This document shows positions 1-31,206 of a stretch of 64,000 nt of DNA, one piece after another; position 1 is the stretch's first letter; every line of letters starts with the position of its first letter. The stretch is from Amoebidium appalachense. Lineage: Eukaryota > Protista > Ichthyosporea. A program made the translations under genes and the position numbers. The notes under the pieces are model-generated. The model saw nothing but the letters and a program-made list of their open reading frames with translations, was not told where the DNA came from and did no database searches. Where the stretch lies: NCBI GenBank assembly GCA_963693365.1, contig CAVNZM010000002.1, positions 5,782,259 through 5,846,258 on the forward strand, given 5' to 3'.

Positions 1-279
1 GCGTGTGTGTGTATGTGTGTGTGTGAACCAAAATCTCGGCAGAGCAATGATCACTCATGTGCCAAGCACCCTGCTCGCCACTCGGACCCGACCACATCAG
101 CAAAATATATCAGCACTCAAAACCAAGACACTACCCAAATGCCAACCACCTCGTCTCTCCCGTCCCTTTGAACAAAAGACGAAAGGGAGAGGAGGGAGAG
201 AGGAGGGCAAAAAAAAAAAAAAAACCATGCAGGCAAAATCCCACGTGGACACACACATGCACCCACACCTACCCTCCCC

Positions 280-336
<57 letters not shown>

Positions 337-358
337 ACACCCACACCCAAACACACAC

Positions 359-1061
359 CTGATCAAGTGTTCGTGCTTGTGCAACAATGGTGCCCACGGG
401 TTGTGTGTCTGCCAGACTGGCCTGTAGCTCCTTGAGTTCTCGTTTTTGCTCGTCTTCCTCATCCTGTCAGTTGACTAGGGTTAAAAAGGTGTTGACAAGC
501 ATGTGCAATGTGTGTGTGTGTGTGTATGTGTGTATGACGCACACCTTATACACGCACGTGCACACACTCCCCCGCCCCCCCCGTGTATACGTGTGTACGT
601 GCGCGCGCACACACGCGAGTGTGTGCCAGAATCACAGAGTGTGTGTGCGTGCGAGCATGTGAGTGTGTGGACCTGTGTGTGCATCTGTATGTGCATGCAA
701 GGACACATGTAAGCCCGTGCATTCTCACCTCTGCCGCCGGCTGTGCAGGCTGTATGTGCAGGCTGTGTGTGGAGATTGGCAGCACGTTCAACTCATCATC
801 CAGCACGAGGCAGTTTTTGCATCCGCCCAGAGAGAGCATAAAGCGTTCGTTGAACCGACCCACCACATCTTGGTGCGCCTCCGTGCGGAAGCGGGCATGC
901 ACTTCCTGCGCGCGCGCACGCACATGTGCGTGTGTGTGGGGGGAGGGGGATATATACATTAGAGGGTTAGGAAAAATGGAGGAGGAGACACCAAAAGACA
1001 AAACTCAAACGTCAGAAAAATGAAAACCCCGAAATCAAACCGGAGAAGGGTGTGTGCTTGT

Positions 1062-1111
<50 letters not shown>

Positions 1112-1153
1112 CGGGGAGGGGGGGGGAGAAAGGGTGGTGGTGGTGGTGGTGGT

Positions 1154-1227
<74 letters not shown>

Positions 1228-2463
1228 TGTGTGTGTTTGGATAAATTAGATGGTTAGAAAAAAATGAAGAAGACACCAAAAGACAAAACTCGAACGCGAG
1301 AAAAATAAAAACCCCGAAATCAAACCGGGTAAGGGTGTGTGTTTGTGTGTGTGTGTGTGTGTGCGTGCATGTGGGGGAGGGCGTATACATGTGTGTTTGT
1401 GTGTCTGTGTAGCACACCGCGGAGGGCCTGATCACTGCTATACATGCGTCTTTGTGTGAGTGACAGAATATTGAAAGGGAGAGCAGGGTGCATGATTGCA
1501 TGTTAGCATGGGAGTAGAACATTTGGGTCGAAGCAATGCGTCACCTGACGTGATAATAATTCTCCATTGATCAACACATCACTTGTCCCAACATACTTCT
1601 CCAAACATCAACAACGTCCACCCCCTGCACCCCCCCCCCCCCCCCCCCCCCCCCCACCACCACCACACACTCCAATTATCCCCACTCTCCCATGTGGCAA
1701 AATCTTTTTTGTTTCGTGTGAACACTGCAAAAACAACTATTCCAATCACTCAATGACGGAGGACAGCAACACCCCCCCCCCCCCCCCTCAAGCCACAACA
1801 CCACACACGCGCGCGCACGCACACGCACACGCACACACCCACACACACATCCCCCCTCCCCCCCTCCCCACCACCACCACACACACACCCACACGCACAC
1901 AGGAACAAAAAAAAAAAAAAAAAGCAGGATAGAAACGAAAAAATAAACAAGCGCACAACACGGCATACCATAGTCATTGTGTATAGTTGCTTGAGTGACT
2001 TCATGGTCCTCAGCAGAAGCACCACAATGCCTCCCCCCTCCACCGTCTCAATCGTCCGTGCAAGCAGGTTGGGTGTGATGGCCTCAAAATCCTGAAACCA
2101 CGAGAGCCCCAAAATTCATTAGTGCTGGCGTGTTGTGAGTGGTGATGGGGTGGCAGCGTGTGTGCATGTGCCCGTGTTGCAGGGTTAGAATGTGATACAG
2201 AGTACAGAGTGCACGTCATGACTGGCGACACAATGCGAATGTTCAAAGGCATGCATCCCCCCCCCCCCCTTGACCGACCTTATCCCCAGCACCACAGTGG
2301 ATCCTTTTGGCCCCTCCTGAGGCTGGCCCGTGCTTTAAAATATAATTTTCTTTTTGTAGAACCCCCTAACCCCGCCCCCTCTCCCCCAAAACATGCAGTA
2401 AATTCGTAGCCACCTTCACCTCCCCCTCCCCCCTTGTCCCCCCCCCCCCCCCCAAAAAAAAAA

Positions 2464-2502
<39 letters not shown>

Positions 2503-2697
2503 AATAAAAAACAGCGAGGGCCCACCTGCAATACGAGCATGCCGTACGTGTTACCAAGGATCTTATGTGTGTCCGAGTAGTACGTGTATCTTATGTTCGT
2601 GCTCGAAATGAACAGCTCGAAGGGGTCTTCATGGTCGGGGTCAAGAAGTCCCCGGGCCATTTTGGTTTTGATCTGCCGCATGCGCTTCTTGCGGTTG

Positions 2698-2733
<36 letters not shown>

Positions 2734-4195
2734 GTGAGTGTGTGTGGGTTGCGTGTGTGTGTGTGTGTGTGTGTGCACGTGTGTGTGTGTGTGTGTATCT
2801 TCAGTGTGTCTGTGTTTGTGATGAGGGGCAGTGGGGGAAGGGGTTGGTGAGGCGGACAAAGAGGGCAGCTCCATGTCTGAGTGCATATGAGCGTAAAAGA
2901 TGGTGCCGATGTGATTGTTTCCATGACGTGTGAATGACATTATATCATGAAAGGTTCATGCAAGCCGTTCTGGGTGCGCGCGCACAACAGTTTATTTGTT
3001 TGTGTGTGTGAGTTTGAGTGTGTGTAATGTGTGTGGGTGGGTGTGTGTGTGCATGTGGGCTTGTGCACAGTTTCTAATATTACACAGTTCCCCAACATCA
3101 GAAGTGCAATCATGTTTTTTCATGTCCATGTGTGTGTGTGTGTGTGTGCATGTCTGTGTGTGTGCGCATATGTGCATGTGTGTGTGCATGCACGTGCAAT
3201 ACCTGCTGAATCCCAGCTCCTTTTTGTAGCACCACAGCACGCTGGGCCGTGCCTTCACCACCGCCTTTGACAGCATGTAGTGGAGGTTGACCACCTGTGT
3301 GCCCACAGTCAGTACGTGCACGAGATCACATATAACATGGTCCCCCCCCCCCCCCCCCCAGCCTTCTTCAGCCCACCCTGTCAACTCTCTCCTAAGAGCG
3401 GCTACTTAGGGCCAATAAAAAATGCTAACTGAAACTCCCCCCCCCCCCCAAAAAAAAAAAAAAAACCACCCCCCTCCCCCCACCCCGCCATATCAGTGTA
3501 GAGTTCCTTCTTGCTACCGTACTGCAGCCTGCCACCCTCCCCCCCCCCCCCAAAAAAAAAAACAAAAAACAAAAACAAACCCATACACACACACCAAGAA
3601 AACATAATGTGTTAAGAAGGACTCCCCCCCCCCCCCCCCCCCTCTCCCTCCCCCGCCCGCCCGCCCACCCCTTCCTCCCCCACCTCTCAAGGCACAACGA
3701 GAGAGCACCGTAAGCCTTTGCAAAAGAAAAAAAAAAGGAATTGCCCATGCCATGGAAATGACAAGCACAAGCGTGAAAAGAGACACACACGCCAAGACAA
3801 ACATGAGCGCACAAGCACGCACACATGGACACCACCACCACCACCACCACCACCACCACACATACACCCACACACAGGTGCGCATGGACATACATGCACC
3901 ATCGCAAGTAGAGGCAGACAACAGACGAACTCACAACAGACAATCACACAGTGCCTCAAACAGATATGCAGACACACACACGCACATGCACACACCCGAC
4001 CCAAAAAATCACAGGGAGATCACATCCACTTGGGCAGACGGAGCCCGAGTGAGAGCCCAAGTGAGAGATAGAGTAGGTAGTACATACCTGGTCACGGCCA
4101 CGGTCCCCCACCAGCACAAAGAAAGTTCTGTGATGTTCCTTGACGCCATTTTCTACCAGAGTGCGTATGCGGTTGTCTATCTTCTTGCGCACCAT
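359..4195 (-). CDS. NAT10: RNA cytidine acetyltransferase NAT10/Kre33, first six coding exons (gene continues beyond the window start)
   Basis: GT-AG exons 4195-4088, 3294-3203, 2697-2526, 2091-1969, 905-729 and 463-359 splice in frame. They give MVRKKIDNRIRTLVENGVKEHHRTFFVLVGDRGRDQ / VVNLHYMLSKAVVKARPSVLWCYKKELGFS / NRKKRMRQIK...TYGMLVLQ / DFEAITPNLLARTIETVEGGG / EVHARFRTEAHQDVVGRFNERFMLSL, the recognisable NAT10/Kre33 N-terminus. Confidence 0.97.
957..1341 (-). repeat. Repeat family 2, two copies (about 957-1055 and 1245-1341) in a NAT10 intron
   Basis: gagacaccaaaagacaaaactc..acg..agaaaaat.aaaaccccgaaatcaaaccgg occurs twice. Related copies lie at 38225-38310 and 47785-47850 (minus) and at 54065-54122, 56040-56105 and 62471-62543 (plus). 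Confidence 0.75.
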
Positions 4196-5076
4196 TTTGG
4201 TGAAGTACGCCTAGTAAAGGCCTGCCTGGATGTCTACAGGACTATACCATGAAATATGTCTCGAGTTTTGTGCTGTAAAACAAACTAATTAGGAAACCAA
4301 CACTGCACGCCTTTACACACACTAAAAGGAAAAGGCCTCTTTTATGCCTCTGCGTGCTTTAGTATTTATGTCCATCAGACTATAAAGATGAAGGGCTTAG
4401 TAAGGTCGAAGTGTCCGTTCACGTGTGTGACACTGCTGGTGTGTGTCGTGCACATATATACACGTGCACATTGAGCCGGTGTCACCCGCGCGCGGCCGGC
4501 GCTGTGATTATTAACCCAATCCTTTTTCAATTTATAAATAGTGTCCTCACTGAAACTTGAACCTATAAATAGTTTCAAAGGGCCAGCCGACCAACAAGCC
4601 CCAAGTTTTCCTTCAATTTTCACAAACGTTTCTGATGAAAACTTGTTTAAAATTTTCTTTTGACTGGATTTATTCGACGGAAAGATATGCAAGTATGCAC
4701 GGCATACTGAGAAGACAATAAAAACTTCACGAGTTATCCAGTAACAAGTGCATACTGAGATACCTGAACACTGTATGAAAATCATATAAATACTCAATGT
4801 GACTATCAACAGAATTCAACAAAAAGTCTAAAGTTTAAATCCTCAAGAGCCCCCCCTCTACATATAGGTTTTGCCGGTTGTCTGAATTTGAAAACGCCCG
4901 CACAACGGCCAACACACCTTCTTCCAGCGGCCGGTGACTTTCTGCATTTTCCTTTTTTACGTGTACTACAACCTGTTTTATGAGTAATCCTTGATGGAAT
5001 GCTTGGCTTTCTATGATTAGAAATATGGTTCTTTATGCGCACTGACGACTGCCGGAACGAGAGTGTTGGTCACGAG
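4196..5076. promoter_or_regulatory. Probable bidirectional promoter region between NAT10 and the DPF-like gene
   Basis: Microsatellite-free, AT-richer interval between head-to-head genes. A putative 5'UTR donor GAG|gtaac at 5077 pairs with the acceptor cactcacacag at 6290. Confidence 0.5.
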
Positions 5077-5608
5077 GTAACATACTGTGCTTGTTCACGG
5101 GGTGCTTGTGTCCATGTTTTTTAGGATAAGGTGACCTTGATAAATGTTAGGGTGCATCGTTCAAGACCCTGCTATCATCTTTCACTGCTTGGAAGATTTT
5201 ATCTTTGATAGACTTCATATGAACGGCGAAGACACCCCCCGTATCCTCCTCTGTCCTCTTCTTTCCAATCCAGGCATCAACCTCTCCCTCACACATTCCC
5301 TCTTCTCGGCACCCTCACTCACCCGATAAGCCCTTTTACCCATTTCCTGGCCCTGCCAACTACTTCATTCTTTGGCACATCCCTACCTTCCTTCGCTTTC
5401 TCACGTAGCCAGTCTCTATTCATTATGTAATTGTAACAGACAGTCACCTGCACGGCATTCCTAACATCCCCACTGACTGAGACCCACACGTGTGTGTGCG
5501 TGCACGCGTAAACGTATACACACACACACAGAGAGAGAGAGAGTAAGAGAGGGGGGGGGGGGGGAGGGAGGGGAGAGGGGGGGGGGGGAGAGAGAGGGGG
5601 GGGGGGGG

Positions 5609-5664
<56 letters not shown>

Positions 5665-6172
5665 GGAAAGAGAGAGAGAGAGAGATACACACACACTCAA
5701 ACACACAAAACTTGCAAACAAATGAAGCAGTGCCCGACAAGTAGACAATCGATCTTTCGCACACACACACATAAGTACACACACACCGGGCCAGGTAGAT
5801 GAGGGCAAAGAAGACACCCTTTGCCCGCCACACACACGCGAGGTCACACACAGAAACACACGCACACTCACAAACACACACACACAGAGAGAGGAAAAGA
5901 GAGGGAGAAGCACACACAATTACACAGACACACAGTGGTTCAATGTTGGACTTTTCTATACTTATTGGTGGGTGTGCACAAGAATTTACTTTCATGCACA
6001 CACATAAAAAGGTGGTTGCACACACACAGGGCCAGGGAGACGGGGGGTTAAAAAAAAAAAAAAAAAAAAAGGAGGAACACAGGCAGAGGGAACGGGGGAG
6101 CCACACACACACACGTGTGCGCGCACACACATTTACATAGGTCATAGCGCGCACAGCTACAAGCCTGTCCCG

Positions 6173-6205
<33 letters not shown>

Positions 6206-6310
6206 TTTCTCCCTGTCCCTTTCTCGTTTTCCCAGCACATTCATGGACTTTACCTATGCCCCATCCACTTATTCTCACTCACTCACACAGGTGCATCTTT
6301 GTGACCAGCC

Positions 6311-24613
<18,303 letters not shown>

Positions 24614-24849
24614 TGAGCCTCCGAGCTGGCTAGAAAGGTCTGTTGAATTTACTAACAGTGAGATCTGCTCGTCAAACGTGGCAAGAAGTGTCGCTAGCTG
24701 ATGACAAAGGAACATTGTTGATTGCATAAGCAACGTTGTTGTTGTTTTTTTTGTTTTGTTTTTTTTGTTTTTTTTTTTTTGCCTTTGGAACGTGAAAAAG
24801 TATGTTTTATGCGTGTTCAAAGTTCAAGATAAAGCACGTGTATGTTCTG

Positions 24850-24893
<44 letters not shown>

Positions 24894-25199
24894 TCCTGCT
24901 GAAAATTCCCCTGTAAATGTTTCGAGATGTATACGTAGTACCATGGATTCCGAAACCGGATTGAAATGAGAAAAAAAATAGAAACAGAAGTTTCACACTA
25001 TTCCATTCCCCCCCTAGCCCCGGCTGTACGATATTTTAATATGAGGCCACCATATATATTAGAAAGGACATTATATTTACCCATCAAGACGAAAGCATGA
25101 AGCCAAATTAAAACAATCGTGCAGGTAGGAAATATGACAGGGGAAATAATTTGCCCCCACTGGAACGGGCTAATGCCCAATGCGCTCACTCGTGTGTAG

Positions 25200-25237
<38 letters not shown>

Positions 25238-25530
25238 GTGTGCGTGTGTGATGTGTGTGTGTGTGTGTGTGTGCATTCACAGCCCACCTGTGGGCATGCA
25301 TGCATGTGTGTTTGGGTGTACATGTGATAGCGTGCATGGGCATGGAGGGCACCTGCCCTTCTAATCCAGCACATATCCGATGCACAGACAGGCAATGGTG
25401 ACTCCGATAATGTCCATCACCACCTGCAGACACACCAGACTTGGTTATCGTCTGCCCCCCATGGCCTACCCCCCTCCCCCTCCGTCCCCGGAGGGGAGAG
25501 GGGGAGGGGGGGGGGGGGGAGGGGGGGGGA

Positions 25531-25776
25531 AAGAAAAAACACCCCACTCTAAAAGAGTAAAACAAGCATGCAAGCTCTCTGCTCCCCTTTGACCCTCACA
25601 AGTTCAAATCTGTACTAATAGACCCCCCCCCCCGACCCACCGACGGTCCCCGGTGAAAAAACAGGAAAAAGAAACTGAGAACACCCCACTTTACTATTAG
25701 GGTAGAGCAAGCATATACAAGCCTGCAAGCTCCCTGCTCCTCTTCATCCCTCACATTTCAATTACCCTACTAGACC
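25531..25776 (+). repeat. Short diverged direct repeat
   Basis: aagcatgcaagctctctgctcc...ccctcaca..ttcaa (25564 onward) versus aagcctgcaagctccctgctcc...ccctcacatttcaa (25719 onward), each preceded by a ccccact motif. Confidence 0.6.
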
Positions 25777-25890
25777 TTCCCCCCCCCCCCCCCCCCCCCC
25801 CCCCCCACCCACCCACCCACCCACCCACCCACCAACACACACACACACACACACACATAATTAGCTAGTCATCCCTCCCAACCCAACTCC

Positions 25891-25921
<31 letters not shown>

Positions 25922-26869
25922 AAAAAAAAAAAAAAAAAGAAAAGAAAGAAAAGAGGTAGAAGAAAAAAAAAATTTACTAAATAATATTGTCTGACATATG
26001 TATAGGTAAAAAAAATTGTATACTTCAGGTCACGATGCGTACGCTGTACCCGATTCGATATCCGTACTCTTCACTGAAGGCAGAAACTTATATTCAATAA
26101 GTTATGGACAAGACCCGCACCAACAATGTGGCATGTCAGCTTGGGAAGGGGGGTGTGCTGTGGGCTGCAGGTGAGCTGCTAACACGTGTCGGCACCAAGC
26201 CATTGCAACTGTCACAGTACTTCCACCCAACAAGGTACACATGTAGATAACGACGTTAACGCGCGTTACTACATATGCAGAGATATAATGTACAAGATAT
26301 ACATCGTACAAGTGGAGATTTGACGATTTTTTTGGTTTTTTTTGTTTGGATTTGTTTTGTTTCGTTATATATTATAATCTTAGTCAGCTTCTAAGACCGT
26401 CATACATTTTTGTCTAGGTAATCCATACGCTTTTATAACAGTCGAAACTCGCTGCAGAGTCTAATACTAAACATGAAATCAAGCACGGTAAAATCCAGTA
26501 CTACCGGGCCTTTCACTGTGTTAGGGATTCTTGACTTAGAAACGCGTGGGGAGGGGGGGTAGTAGTAACCTGGGGGAGGAGGGGGGAGGGGGGGCACCCC
26601 TTTGCAATTGGGCAGGTGGATCCTCCGGGGGTTTTTGGGGGGGGGGGGGGGGGGGGGGGGGCACCACCCACCTGAGTAGATGGGTCCAGGGGGCGGACCC
26701 ACCCACCCCATAGGCTGCCATCATGTGACTATATGTATGAGATAGCCTGATCATATAATAGTGCTATAACCTGGCGGCGGTTTACAAACATTGCCAAAAC
26801 ATAAACATGGAGCCCAACAAACAGGAGTCCTTGATCACCTGAAACTCAGGCTATGCCGTACGGTCATTC

Positions 26870-26903
<34 letters not shown>

Positions 26904-27251
26904 TTCTTGCGCTCGTCTCCAATCGCCCCACTGCACACACACACACACACGAAATTTCACACGTATTTAGTTCACACGTACCAGTCCTGCACACGCATGT
27001 ACCACACACACACACGAGGTGCACAAAAAAGGTTGGCCAGCATTGAGCACCCGACATACGCATGAACGTGCAGATAGGCAAACCCACACCACACCGTTAC
27101 ATTGCCCGCCATGCAGATACGCACACGGACACTGCACGGTCAGCACGATAACTTTGCCCCCAATCATTGATAATTTGGGGGTAGTTGGCCGTTGCATGTG
27201 TGTGTGTGTGTGTGCGCGCGCGTGCATGTGTGTGTCGTTGTGTGCGAGTGC

Positions 27252-27297
<46 letters not shown>

Positions 27298-27580
27298 GCG
27301 TGTGCGTGTGCGCATGTGTATACGTGCATTATTATTATGATATCTTACTTGTGTAAATGAGCAGGGAGTGACTTAGAGGGAGAGGGGAGGGGAGGGGGGA
27401 GGGGGAGGATTTGAGAGGGGTGGGGGGAAAGGGGGGGGTCGTAAGAGATTTTCTAGAGCATATATATTGGTAGTACACATCTACCGCGAGCAACATCAGA
27501 CCTTGCAAACAACACACAAAGAATAATATATCCGGCAGAGAAGAGCACCAGCATGAAGGGGTGGGAAGTGTGTGCACCCG

Positions 27581-27648
<68 letters not shown>

Positions 27649-28080
27649 CGCGCATGTGCGTGCGTGTGTGTTTGCGTGGGTGCGTGTGTGTATGTTTGTT
27701 TATGTGTTGTGCACGCGCGTGTGTTGTCGGGGGGAGGCGGGGGGAGGGGGGAAGGGGGGGTTATATGCACATCAGTGGCCAAAACGGAAGCAATATATAC
27801 ATCTCCAAAAGGAAAAAAAAATAGGGGTGTGCACGTGTGTGGGGGTGTGGTGGTGGTGTTGGGGGGGAGGGGGGTGGGTGGGTGGGTGGGTGGGGAGGGG
27901 GGGATGGAGGGGGGGGGGGGGGGGGGGGGAGGGGGGGGGGGGGGGGGGGCACCACGGTGACCCCACTTGTCCACGGCCAGGTGGGCCTTTCTTTTATCCA
28001 AAGGGGGGCTGGACCCACCCACTCCTGCGGCAACCCTGGGGGGGAGGGGGGGACTTCGAGGAGTACCACCAGCCTAACGT

Positions 28081-29072
28081 CGATACTTACTACTTCGAAT
28101 CCCCCCTCCCATTTCAAATTTGAAAATCACTTACGAATTGTCGGATCAGTATGGGCCCGCGAGTAAACCGGGTGTGTCTGGGGGACTATTACAGGTTGGG
28201 AGCAAACCGCACTTTTGGGGGCATGTTCGTTTGAATTGATGTAGTTTCAAAGGCTTTTACACCATGCAGTTTTTTTTGGCTCACAGTCTTACAATTGTTT
28301 CACATGAACATATATATTACCATACATATGCATAGCCTCCATGGCCATGCATCAGTGTACTGTAGCCTGTATACACGGTGGGCTACAGATGCCCCCCCCC
28401 CCCCCCCCCCTCCCCCCTCCCTCCCCCCCCCCCCCCCCCCCGGCCTTCCCCTCCCCCCTCCCCCCCTCCCCCTCCCCCCCCCCCCCCCCCCCCCCCCCCT
28501 CCTCCCCCCCCAAACCAACCAACCATCACCGGTACCCCCCCCCTCCCAAAAAAAATAAAAATAAATAAATAAATAAATAAATAAAATAAAAAAGGCGAAG
28601 AGAGATGAAAGATTGTACAAAAGAGAAGAGAAAAAAAGGAGAGATATTAAACATCTACCTATATCCATGGCCACCCAACAACCGGCCCACACCTACACAG
28701 GCGCCCACGCTAATATAGTACACAAGGACACCCAAGCCCCCACCTCCCCACACGATACTACTTTGAATGCCCCCCTCCCATTTCAGATTCAAAAATCTCT
28801 GTATATATTTTGCCAAGAATGTATGGGCCCGAGTAAACACCCCTGTATCTCGAGGAATACAGCCTCTTATTATACAGGCCGTTGGGAGCAATTTGAAACC
28901 GCACTTTTGGGGGCATGTTCGTTTGAAATGATGTACTGTAGTTTCAAACTTTTACACCATGTGGTTTTTTGCAACTCAAAGTCTTACAATTGTTTCACAA
29001 AACACATATAGGTATACCATACATGCAAAGCCTCCATACATCGATATCAGTGTATACATGTACAGTGTAGCC
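28081..29072 (+). repeat. Diverged ~300 bp direct repeat (28081-28370 and 28752-29072)
   Basis: Shared blocks cccctcccatttca, gtatgggccc, aaaccgcacttttgggggcatgttcgtttgaa and agtcttacaattgtttcaca occur in the same order. Confidence 0.85.
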
Positions 29073-29468
29073 GGTAGGCTACTGTTTGAACAGATCCGCG
29101 GTGTGACGTGTGAGATGACCGGGAGAAGGTGCACAGATGGCACTCTAGATGACGACCAATGAAACAGCTTGTAGGCACATTCTACAGAGTGGTGCAGAAA
29201 GAAAAGGCGCAGAGGCATTTATGAAGGCCCTGTAACAACTTGATCACGACGTTTCATGTACTAATTTTAAAAAGAGAAAACAGCAATTTGCCAAGCAAAC
29301 CATTTATCTATGTAAATCATAAAGCATTTTCATCTAAGAAGCCCATCGCTTGAAGCAACCAATAAAAGACTAACCTCCCGGCAGAAGGCACAATTGCCGC
29401 ACAAATTGCACATCTCTCAAAGCAGTTGCTGATTTGCGGAGCGCTCACCATATTCGAAAAAAACAAGG

Positions 29469-29506
29469 TATATAAGTCGCGGACACTCAAATGTGGCCAC
29501 TCAGTT
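29469..29506 (+). promoter_or_regulatory. TATA box plus initiator-like element of the tyrosinase gene
   Basis: TATATAA at 29469-29475 and TCAGTT at 29501-29506, about 30 nt apart and about 100 nt upstream of ATG 29604. Confidence 0.5.
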
Positions 29507-29603
29507 CGAAGGTTTCCGTCGTGTCTATTTTTTGAGTGGAACGGTCACAATAACCACACGCACACAAAGGCACACAAGACTCTAAAAGTCACAAAATAAC
29601 GCC

Positions 29604-31158
29604 ATGGCCCTGTGGGGGGTTCTTGCGTGTGCCGTACTGGCACAAATTGCCGAGGCAAACAGATGCCCGTTTGGGTTCGTTTACGACACAGACATACGTA
29701 AGTGCTTTTTTCCCCCTAGTTTCGGCGATGCTCCTCACGGCTACCAAATACGCAGGCACGAATGGTCGGGGACAATCTCTTTTTGAGCTCTACGTAGCAA
29801 TTTATTCGCGATGCAGTTTTTATGCTGTGTACAGATTTGCCTTTTTTCCCGTCATGATTGCGGAGGATCATCTGCTTTGTGCGAGTGGAGCGAATATTTT
29901 CTTGACTCTCCCAGTTTATCCTGGTGTATGTCCAGCTGAGGCTATGGTTTCCGTTATCGTGTTTCGGGTTCTTCCTCAAGATGCTTGGGGTGTATTCCTA
30001 TTCAATTTTCTTGCTCCCCAAAATCCTCACGACCTCATCTCCTCATTCTCACAGCGGGCTGCCGGCATGAGAGTGACGATGACTACGAGTGCCCTATCGG
30101 CTTTGCCTACGACCCCAAGCATGACGACTGCAAGGGGTACCCCTGCCCCAAAGGCCAAATATTTACCCCCTCATACGGGGGTGGCTCATGCCGTCGCGCC
30201 GTGTGCGCACCTGCATATGCGTTTGACGATGACCAACACATGTGTGTAAAGGCGCTGAGATCACAAAATGGGCTGCGTCATGGTGGCCACCACAATGGTG
30301 GGTACAGGCCTACATGCCGCTCCCAATACATGGTTTATGACGACGAGCAGGGGCAGTGTGTATGCAAACCCGGATTTCGCTTAAAGAAAAACGGCAGCGG
30401 CTGCAATGACGTCAACGAGTGCAGGCAGTACTTCCCTTGTGATGATCACGCAAGATGCAAAAACACCCGAGGTTCGTTCACGTGCAAGTGCAAAAAGGGC
30501 TACACGGGTGACGGCCAGTGGTGCCAGAAGAATGGTGGCGGGGGCTATGTGACCCCAATACCACCACCCCCCAGCTACACCGTCAAAATTACAACTACCA
30601 CTAGCAAAAACTATGTGCCGGAACCCACCACCACCACCACCACATGCACCAGCACAAAGAAACCACCAACAGCAGCAACAACAAAATCCTTAGCCACCAC
30701 CACAACAACAACCACGACAAAGCAAACCACCACAACAACGACAAGGCCAACCACCACCACCACTACTACTCGCACCACAACCACCACCGCACGCCCTACT
30801 CCTGCCCCTGCTCCTGAATGTGGTGCTCGTGTACGCAAGGAATGGCGCAGCATGAGCCAACGTGAGCAAGACACCTACATCGGCGCCCTGAGAACACTCG
30901 TATCCCGGGGGGAATATCGCCGTGTTATCCCGTACCACGAAGCATCCCCCGTGGACATGTATGGGCACCAGAGCAACGCGTTCCTGGCGTGGCACAGGCA
31001 GTTTCTGTGGCTGTTTGAGGAGCAGCTGCGTGCCCTGGGTGGGGAGTATGCCTGTGTGACCATCCCCTTCTGGGACTGGACCCAGGACATCAAGCCAGAT
31101 GCCACCGCCGTTCCTTCCATCGACGTTGTGAATGCATTTGGTGGCACCGGTATGAACG

Positions 31159-31206
<48 letters not shown>

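Noticed and set aside
4375-5329. Short ORFs in the NAT10/DPF intergenic region
   Set aside because: No recognisable motifs, several non-ATG starts, and they lie in a probable promoter, UTR or intron.
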